Part shown: positions 57,409-64,000 of the stretch, piece after piece
Position numbering within the stretch: position 1 is the first letter of the stretch
Layout: each line of letters starts with the position of its first letter
Assembly (NCBI GenBank): GCA_015711795.1
Contig: JACVJC010000007.1
Location: 5,809 to 69,808 of the forward strand
Length of the DNA: 64,000 nucleotides
From: Candidatus Geothermocultor quzhuomuensis
GTDB taxonomy: Bacteria; Actinomycetota; Aquicultoria; Geothermocultorales; Geothermocultoraceae
Direction of reading: 5' to 3'
Program-made: the position numbers and the translations under genes
The notes under the pieces: model-generated
The model's database searches: none
What the model saw: only the letters and a program-made list of their open reading frames with translations
Told to the model about the DNA's origin: nothing

Positions 57409-59354
57409 TGGGGGAGAAAAAGCAAAGTTTTCTTAAAAAAATAAATTCACCAAAAGATTTAAAAGCATTAACCTTTGAACAGCTAAATCAGCTAGCTAAT
57501 GAAATAAGGGAATTTTTAATTAAGGTTGTTTCTCAAACAGGGGGACATTTAGCACCTAATTTGGGAGTTGTTGAGCTGACAATTGCTCTTCACTACGCCC
57601 TAGAAAGTCCAAAAGATAAGATTATTTGGGATGTGGGCCACCAATCTTATGTTCATAAGATTATTACTGGTAGGAAAGATAAATTTTCCACTTTACGCCA
57701 GTATCAAGGGTTGTGTGGTTTTCCTAAAAAGTCTGAAAGCGAACATGATATTTTCGATTCGGGTCATGCTTCTAATTCTATTAGTGTTGCTCTTGGACTA
57801 GCGATTGCTCGCGATAAAAAAAAGACTAATGAAACAGTTGTTGCTGTGATCGGTGATGGTTCTTTAACTGGAGGGATGGCTTATGAGGCTCTTAATCAGG
57901 CAGGACATCTTAAAACAAACTTGATTGTTGTTTTGAACGATAATGCTATGTCAATTGCTAAAAATGTTGGAGCTATGTCATCTTATCTTTCAAGGATTAG
58001 AATCGATCCTACTTATAATAAATTAAGGGAGGAAATTGAAGAAAGGATTAAAAAGATTCCTGGTGTTGGTGAAAAAATTTATGCCTTAGGGGAACATGTT
58101 AAGGAAAGCATCAAGCATCTATTTGTTCCTGGGATGATCTTTGAAGAACTAGGTTTTAAATATATTGGCCCAATTGATGGTCATAACATCGAAGTAATTG
58201 CAACAGCTATTAGTTTAGCTAAGCAAGCAAAAGGACCGGTTTTAATTCATGTTCTAACTCAGAAAGGAAAGGGGTATCCCCCAGCTGAAAGCTATCCAGA
58301 TAAATTTCATGGTATTTCACCATTGGCTCAAGAAAATGGTGAGTTAGCGAAGAAGGAGCCGTTACCAACTTATACTGAGGTTTTTGGAAAAACTTTAATT
58401 GAGCTAGCTAAGAAGGAAGAAAAAATTATTGGAATTACAGCTGCAATGCCAGGTGGAACTGGAATTGATATTTTTGCACGCGAGTTTCCTGATCGCTTTT
58501 TTGATGTTGGAATTGCTGAGCAGCACGCTGTAACTTTTGCTGCGGGCTTAGCTTTAGGAGGCTTCATACCGGTTGTGGCTATTTATTCAACATTTTTGGA
58601 AAGAGCTTATGACCAAATTATTCAGGATATAGCGTTACAGGGACTCCATATAATCTTTGCCATTGACCGAGCAGGTTTAGTTGGAGAAGATGGCCCAACT
58701 CATCATGGTGCTTTTGACCTTTCTTATCTCCGGCATATTCCTGGTTTAGTAATTATGGCTCCTAAAGATGAAAATGAACTTCGTCATATGATTTATACTG
58801 CAACAAAGCTGAGTGGACCAGTTGCTATTCGATACCCCCGTGGCGCGGGTTTAGGTGTGCCCTTAGAGAAAAGTTTTTCTCTTTTAGAGATAGGAAAGTG
58901 GGAAAAATTAAGGGAGGGGAAGGAAGTTTGCTTGTTGGCAGTTGGGCGAATGGTTGAACTTGCTTTAAAAACTGGAGCTATTCTTGAGCAGAAAAAAATT
59001 TCTACTACCATAATTAATAGCCGTTTTGTTAAGCCACTTGATGAAGATACTATTTGCAAGGAGGCGTTAAGACACCAGCTTTTAGTGGGGATGGAAGAGA
59101 ATTCTCTTATTGGAGGTTTTTGCTCAGGAGTCCTTGATATTTTAAATTCCCGAAATATTAAAACGCCTTTTTTGCCAATTGGTTTACCTGATTCATTTGT
59201 CACTCATGGATCACTAAAAGACCTCTTTGAGGAATTAGGGCTAACTCCCGAAAAGGTTGCTCAGAAAATCGAGGATAAACTTTTCAGTCTTCATAACAAA
59301 AAAAGAGAAAGTTTCTTTTCTCGTTTTAAAGTGAGTAAAACTTTAAACCTATAA
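57405..59354 (+). CDS. dxs: 1-deoxy-D-xylulose-5-phosphate synthase
   Basis: TPP-binding GDG...N motif, transketolase-like domains, 649 aa. Confidence 0.9.
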   Translation: MMGEKKQSFLKKINSPKDLKALTFEQLNQLANEIREFLIKVVSQTGGHLAPNLGVVELTIALHYALESPKDKIIWDVGHQSYVHKIITGRKDKFSTLRQYQGLCGFPKKSESEHDIFDSGHASNSISVALGLAIARDKKKTNETVVAVIGDGSLTGGMAYEALNQAGHLKTNLIVVLNDNAMSIAKNVGAMSSYLSRIRIDPTYNKLREEIEERIKKIPGVGEKIYALGEHVKESIKHLFVPGMIFEELGFKYIGPIDGHNIEVIATAISLAKQAKGPVLIHVLTQKGKGYPPAESYPDKFHGISPLAQENGELAKKEPLPTYTEVFGKTLIELAKKEEKIIGITAAMPGGTGIDIFAREFPDRFFDVGIAEQHAVTFAAGLALGGFIPVVAIYSTFLERAYDQIIQDIALQGLHIIFAIDRAGLVGEDGPTHHGAFDLSYLRHIPGLVIMAPKDENELRHMIYTATKLSGPVAIRYPRGAGLGVPLEKSFSLLEIGKWEKLREGKEVCLLAVGRMVELALKTGAILEQKKISTTIINSRFVKPLDEDTICKEALRHQLLVGMEENSLIGGFCSGVLDILNSRNIKTPFLPIGLPDSFVTHGSLKDLFEELGLTPEKVAQKIEDKLFSLHNKKRESFFSRFKVSKTLNL

Positions 59355-59365
59355 TAGAGGAACCT

Positions 59366-60214
59366 TTGAAAAAGGAAAGAATTGACATAGTTTTAGTTAA
59401 GAAAGCTTTTTTTGAGACAAGAGAAAAAGCAAAAAGAGCGATTTTGGAAGGAAAAGTTTTAGTCGAGAGTCAAGTTGCGACTAAAGCTCGGATGCTTATA
59501 TCACCTGATTCTAAAATTGAAGTTAAACCTGATTTACCTTATGTATCGCGTGGTGGAATAAAGCTGGAGAAAGCTTTAAGAAAGTTTAAAGTTAAAGTTG
59601 AGGGTAAAACTTGCTTGGATGTTGGTTCTTCGACTGGTGGTTTTGTCGATTGCCTTCTCAAGTTTGGTGCTAAAAGAGTTATCGCTGTTGATGTGGGTTA
59701 TGGGCAACTTGCTTGGAGTTTAAGGAATGACCCAAGGGTTTTTCTTTTGGAGAGAACAAATGTTAGATATCTTGAACCATCAAAACTACCAGAAAGGGCT
59801 GATTTAGCCACTGTTGACCTTTCTTTTATTTCAGTAAGAAAAGTTTTTTCCAATTTAATAAGACTCTTAAAGAAAAAGGCAAGAATCATTATCTTAGTTA
59901 AACCACAATTTGAAGCCGGAAAAGAACAGGTGGGGAAAGGTGGAGTAGTTAAAGACCCACAAGTTCATGAAGAGGTGTTATATTCTCTCAGTCAATTTTT
60001 TTCTAGTCAGGGCTTTGGTGTGAATTTAACTTATTCACCAATTTGTGGGTCTGATGGAAATATTGAGTTTTTGATGATGTTGAGTCCTAAAAGAGAAAAA
60101 GGTGAATTTCCCAATCAAGATTTTATTAAAAATTTAGTTAAAGAAGCTCATCAAACTTTAAAGGGGAAGAAAAATGAAGAAAATTCTTGTCATTCCTCAT
60201 CTCGGAAAAGATGA
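59366..60214 (+). CDS. tlyA: TlyA-family rRNA 2'-O-methyltransferase (S4 domain plus FtsJ-like methyltransferase)
   Basis: N-terminal S4-like RIDIVLV and the SAM-binding LDVGSSTGGF motif. Confidence 0.8.
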   Translation: MKKERIDIVLVKKAFFETREKAKRAILEGKVLVESQVATKARMLISPDSKIEVKPDLPYVSRGGIKLEKALRKFKVKVEGKTCLDVGSSTGGFVDCLLKFGAKRVIAVDVGYGQLAWSLRNDPRVFLLERTNVRYLEPSKLPERADLATVDLSFISVRKVFSNLIRLLKKKARIIILVKPQFEAGKEQVGKGGVVKDPQVHEEVLYSLSQFFSSQGFGVNLTYSPICGSDGNIEFLMMLSPKREKGEFPNQDFIKNLVKEAHQTLKGKKNEENSCHSSSRKR

Positions 60215-61031
60215 AGTAAAAAAAGCTTTGGAGAAATTGCTCGTTAAAAGTGAAAAAATGGGGTTTGAAATTCAACTTTTACCTAAAGATGCTTCGAATC
60301 TCAAAAAAGAGTCTTTAATTTGTTTAGAAGAGGATTTGAAAAAGCTTGACTTAGTTTTAGTTTTAGGAGGGGATGGAACAATCTTAAGAGCAGTTAGAAT
60401 TTTGGGAGGAATTGAGATTCCCATTTTAGGGATAAATTTTGGCAAAATTGGCTTTTTGTCCGGGGTTGACGAGTCTCAACTTTATTTAGCTCTGGAGAAG
60501 TTTCTCGCTTCAAATTTTCAAATTGAGAAAAGAATGACTCTAGCTTGCCAAATTTGTAAGGGCAGCAAAAAAGATATCTTTTATGCTTTAAATGAAGTAT
60601 TTATAGGTCGAGGACCAGGCGGGAGGTTAATTACTCTTGATTTAAAAATTAATGGTCATTTTTTCTATCGCTATCTTTGTGATGGACTCATTTTTGCAAC
60701 TCCAACTGGTTCAACTGCTTATTCTCTCTCCGCTGGTGGACCTCTTGTCTCACCAATCACTCGTTTAATTGTGATAACTCCTGTTTGTCCTCACTCCCTT
60801 TTTAACAGACCAATAATCCTTGGTGAAAACGAAACGGCAGAGGTTTCTTCTTCTCTTGATTTTCCCCAAGTTGGCATCACAATCGATGGCATGCCCCTTT
60901 CTTTAAAGGGCAGCTTTGATAGGATTATTATTTCTTCTTCTCCTTATACGGTAAACTTGGTTAAAATGGATGGACAAGATTTTTATTCTCTCATAAAGGA
61001 AAAGTTAATAAGTTTAGAGGAGAAGCCTTAA
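60174..61031 (+). CDS. nadK: NAD kinase
   Basis: GGDGT motif and the NGHFFYRYLCDGLIFATPTGSTAYSLSAGGP region. Confidence 0.85.
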   Translation: MKKILVIPHLGKDEVKKALEKLLVKSEKMGFEIQLLPKDASNLKKESLICLEEDLKKLDLVLVLGGDGTILRAVRILGGIEIPILGINFGKIGFLSGVDESQLYLALEKFLASNFQIEKRMTLACQICKGSKKDIFYALNEVFIGRGPGGRLITLDLKINGHFFYRYLCDGLIFATPTGSTAYSLSAGGPLVSPITRLIVITPVCPHSLFNRPIILGENETAEVSSSLDFPQVGITIDGMPLSLKGSFDRIIISSSPYTVNLVKMDGQDFYSLIKEKLISLEEKP

Positions 61032-61038
61032 ACAAAAA

Positions 61039-62745
61039 ATGCTTAAGGAACTTTTTATTGAAGACTTGGCTCTTATTGAAAGAATATCTTTGGAGTTTAG
61101 TCCTGGCTTAAATATTTTTACTGGAGAAACTGGGGCAGGCAAAACTCTTATCATTGGAGGGCTTAATCTCCTTTTAGGTGAGAGAGGAGATACTAGTTTA
61201 ATTAGGGTCGGGGCAAAAACTTGTCGGGTTGAGGGGATTTTTTTCTTAACGCCACCTTTAAAAAATTTCTTTTCTCATCTTTTTGAAGAAGATTTAAGTG
61301 ACGAAATTTTTCTGGCTCGAACAATTTCACAAGATGGAAAAAGTCGTAGCTATCTTAATGGGCGACCCATTCCTTTAAATCTTTTGCATCAAATAGGGGA
61401 AAAGTTAGTTGACATTCATGGTCAGCACGAACATCAAGTAATTTTAAAAACTAGTTCTCACTTAGATTATCTGGATAGTTATGGGGGAAAAGAAATCGCT
61501 ACTTTAAAAAATCAATTTTTTTTAACTTTTCAGGAAACCAAGAAAATCCAAAAAGAACTTTTTAATCTAAAAGAGGCGGAAAAAAACCGAGAGCGAGAAG
61601 AAGAGCTGCTTAAATTTCAAATCGAGGATATAGAAAGAGCTCAACTTCAGGAGGGAGAGGAAGAAGAGCTTAAAAAAGAAAGAGATGTTTTAAGAAATTT
61701 AGAGAAAATTCATTTAGCTTTGGCAAAAGCAATTCAACTAATTAGTGAAGATGCATTTTCTTCACTGGAACAATTAAGGCAAGCAGAAAAGGAATTAAGC
61801 CCTATTGCCAATTACGACCAGAGAATTGAAGAATCATATTTAAAGTTAAAAGAGGTAATTTTTACTTGCCAAGAAATTTGCAGTTCATTTAGAGATTATA
61901 TTGAGAGATTGGAGTTTGACCCAAACCGACTTGAGGAATTAGAGTCGAGGCTAAATTTAATTGAACTTCTTAAGAAAAAATATGGTCAATCAATCCCCGA
62001 AATTTTAGCTTATTTAGATAAGATAAAAAGGGAGGTGGCTAGCTTCAAAGACTTTGTGGGAAAGATTGCTTTTCTTGAAGAAGAGTTAAAATCTAACGGG
62101 CAGAAATTGAAGAGGCTGGGCGAGGGGCTTTCTTTAAAGAGAAAAGAGGTAGCAAGGGATTTTGAAAGTAAAGTCGAAAGCGAATTAAAGCTCTTAGATA
62201 TGGGAAATACCCAATTTAAAGTATCCCTTTCACAAGAAAACTCTAATGGAGAGGGTATTTTTTTGCAAGATAAATTTTTTTCACCAACGGGAATTGATAA
62301 AATAGAGTTTTTAATCTCTCCAAATAAAGGGGAACCCTTAAAGCCGCTTTCTAAAATCGCTTCAGGAGGAGAAATTTCTCGAATTGTTTTAGCTTTGAAA
62401 ATTATTTTGGGAGAAGTGGACCAAATACCCACTTTAATCTTTGATGAAATCGATGTTGGGATTGGTGGAAAAACTGCTTCAATGGTAGGGCGTCTCTTAT
62501 CAAATCTTTGCCAAAATCACCAGGTCATTTGCGTAACTCATTTACCCCAAATTGCCTCCTTTGCCGATAGACACTTTTATATTTTTAAAGAGGAAGAGGT
62601 AAAAAGAACTAAGACAAAGGTTAAATTGTTAAATGAAGAAGAACGAGTTAAGGAGATAGCAAGAATGCTCAGCGGGGCAAAAATTCTAGAAACTTCATTA
62701 AAGCACGCGCGCCAGCTAATTCAAGTTGCCAAAAGGGCAAGTTGA
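61039..62745 (+). CDS. recN: DNA repair protein RecN (SMC-like)
   Basis: Walker A GETGAGKT, a long coiled coil, and the C-terminal signature/Walker B (LIFDEID). Confidence 0.85.
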   Translation: MLKELFIEDLALIERISLEFSPGLNIFTGETGAGKTLIIGGLNLLLGERGDTSLIRVGAKTCRVEGIFFLTPPLKNFFSHLFEEDLSDEIFLARTISQDGKSRSYLNGRPIPLNLLHQIGEKLVDIHGQHEHQVILKTSSHLDYLDSYGGKEIATLKNQFFLTFQETKKIQKELFNLKEAEKNREREEELLKFQIEDIERAQLQEGEEEELKKERDVLRNLEKIHLALAKAIQLISEDAFSSLEQLRQAEKELSPIANYDQRIEESYLKLKEVIFTCQEICSSFRDYIERLEFDPNRLEELESRLNLIELLKKKYGQSIPEILAYLDKIKREVASFKDFVGKIAFLEEELKSNGQKLKRLGEGLSLKRKEVARDFESKVESELKLLDMGNTQFKVSLSQENSNGEGIFLQDKFFSPTGIDKIEFLISPNKGEPLKPLSKIASGGEISRIVLALKIILGEVDQIPTLIFDEIDVGIGGKTASMVGRLLSNLCQNHQVICVTHLPQIASFADRHFYIFKEEEVKRTKTKVKLLNEEERVKEIARMLSGAKILETSLKHARQLIQVAKRAS

Positions 62746-62748
62746 GAA

Positions 62749-63465
62749 ATGCATGGGAAAGGAAATGAGTTTAAATCATCGCTTCTTGTTTTTTTTCTTG
62801 GCGTTTGCCTTATTTTTTTAACTTTTTTCACCTTTAATTTATTTATCAAAAAGAAAAAAGTTGTCAAAGAGGAAATCATCCAGCCCAGTGAATTACTTTC
62901 AGCCTTTTATTTTGCTCAAGTAGCTGGTGGAAACTTATATTTAGCTTATCCTGTTGATTTAAGTCAAGTTATCTTAGTTGGCTTACATGAAGCTGAAAAC
63001 CCTAAAACTCTTTCACTAATTCCTTTAGAAAAAGCACTTATTGAAACGACGGAGACCATCAGAAAGCTTATTAGGAAAAGGAAATCTCCCTTAGTTGCAA
63101 TTTTAAACACTCGAGATAGAAATCAAGTACCAACCTCTGCTGCTGATATTGGGGTAAAAAGAGGGACAAAAATTTTAAGTCCAGTTGATGGAAGAGTAAC
63201 AAAAGTTAAATTTTATTCCCTTTATGGCCGTATCCCTGATTATCATATTGAAATTGAGCCAAAAGAAAATCCTCATTTAAGAGTCGTCTTAATTCACTTG
63301 AAGGATATTGAAGTTAAAGAAGGTGATCTGGTTAAAAAACAAAAGACCATTATTGGAAAGGTTCGACCTTTGTCTGATAAAATAAATCCACAAATAAATA
63401 GATATATTCCTTTTCCTTGTGAGCATATCCATATTCAAGTAAATCCAGTGGAAGAAAGCAAATGA
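62749..63465 (+). CDS. Membrane-anchored M23/LytM-domain protein, with partly degenerate catalytic motifs
   Basis: N-terminal transmembrane helix. The LytM-like region is DIGVKRGTKILSPVDGRV...IHL...EHIHIQV. The first His of the HxxxD motif is replaced by Ala, while the HxH-like HIH is retained. Confidence 0.45.
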   Translation: MHGKGNEFKSSLLVFFLGVCLIFLTFFTFNLFIKKKKVVKEEIIQPSELLSAFYFAQVAGGNLYLAYPVDLSQVILVGLHEAENPKTLSLIPLEKALIETTETIRKLIRKRKSPLVAILNTRDRNQVPTSAADIGVKRGTKILSPVDGRVTKVKFYSLYGRIPDYHIEIEPKENPHLRVVLIHLKDIEVKEGDLVKKQKTIIGKVRPLSDKINPQINRYIPFPCEHIHIQVNPVEESK

Positions 63466-63765
63466 GTAAACATAAACATAAAGAACCCAAGGCTAAAGAG
63501 CAAAGGAAGGAAATAAAAAATAAGAATTAGGATGAAGAAGTGTTTTTAGTTGCAAGTTGGAGATTACAAAAAGGTTCAGGAACTGCCCGCTTGCTGTTGG
63601 GCAGGTGTTCAGAATTAAGTCAATATTTACTAGACTTTAGCAACTATACACTATAACTTAAAACTTGAGACTTGCTACTTGAAACTACCTTTTAATTTTT
63701 GATTTTAAATGGCTATGGACTAAACTGAGTAGATTTAGAAATTGAAAGAATAAAAGGGTTAGAAA

Positions 63766-64000
63766 GTGGAGTATACAGGAAAAGTTAAGTTAGACAAAAG
63801 AACAAAAAATTTAGTAAAGAGATTGACACCATTTGATATTGCTCTGATTGACCACTTAGATTTAGATAGAGTTACAGCTGAATCACTTGTTGAAACTAAA
63901 GTCAAAGTAGTAATAAATGCTGATAGCTTTATTTCAGGCCGATACCCAAACCAAGGTCCTTTGATCTTATCTCAAAGAGGAATTCACTTAATAGATTCAG
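63766..64000 (+). CDS. SteA-like cytokinetic-ring-associated protein, 3'-truncated at window end
   Basis: GTG start. The translation VEYTGKVKLDKRTKNLVKRLTPFDIALIDHLDLDRVTAESLV...INADSFISGRYPNQGP matches the conserved SteA N-terminus. Confidence 0.5.
   Translation, partial: MEYTGKVKLDKRTKNLVKRLTPFDIALIDHLDLDRVTAESLVETKVKVVINADSFISGRYPNQGPLILSQRGIHLIDS

Noticed and set aside
1-64000. Search for CRISPR arrays, tRNA/rRNA genes and transposases or integrases
   Set aside because: No regularly spaced direct-repeat array, no cloverleaf-compatible roughly 75-nt segments with CCA-type ends, and no transposase or integrase motifs were seen. The only mobile-looking content is the compositionally distinct toxin-antitoxin islet.

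Overview
The window is AT-rich (roughly one third GC), and all of the roughly 60 genes I can support lie on the + strand. It reads as a core chromosomal region of a Firmicutes-like organism. Several blocks follow Bacillus/Clostridium gene order: yqeG-aroE, then accC-asp23-nusB-(folD, xseA missing)-xseB-ispA-dxs-tlyA-nadK-recN. Housekeeping content is secD(partial)-secF, an ABC1/UbiB-type kinase, rel, dtd, hisS, aspS, rarA, alaS, ruvX, mltG, aroE/aroC/aroK/aroB/aroQ, pepP, efp, a two-subunit pyruvate carboxylase, and recN. A type IV pilus locus of about 18 kb (26.3-44.6 kb) is embedded in it. It contains two PilB paralogs, pilT, pilC, three tandem pilin paralogs, pilD, three minor pilin/PilX-like genes and pilM-pilN-pilO plus a PilP-like gene. 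No secretin is present, and aroC-aroK-aroB follow pilO in the conserved pil-aroKB arrangement. The most unusual content is a three-gene module wedged between the duplicated pilB genes: an MglB-like Roadblock/LC7 protein, a DUF4388 (PATAN-like) protein with a long Glu/Lys-rich tail, and an MglA/Ras-like small GTPase. A second accessory feature is a higher-GC islet between the kinase and rel. It carries a PIN toxin and a Phd/YefM-like antitoxin in inverted order (toxin first), driven by a near-consensus sigma70 promoter with a perfect palindrome in its spacer and a leaderless start. Other notable items are a 982-aa surface lipoprotein built from three diverged internal modules, a GC-rich structured intergenic element after aspS, a candidate sigma54 -24/-12 promoter before the second pilin, and a Wzy_C-TPR (O-antigen-ligase-like) protein inside the aro/pilus neighbourhood. 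No rRNA, tRNA, CRISPR array or transposase was recognised.
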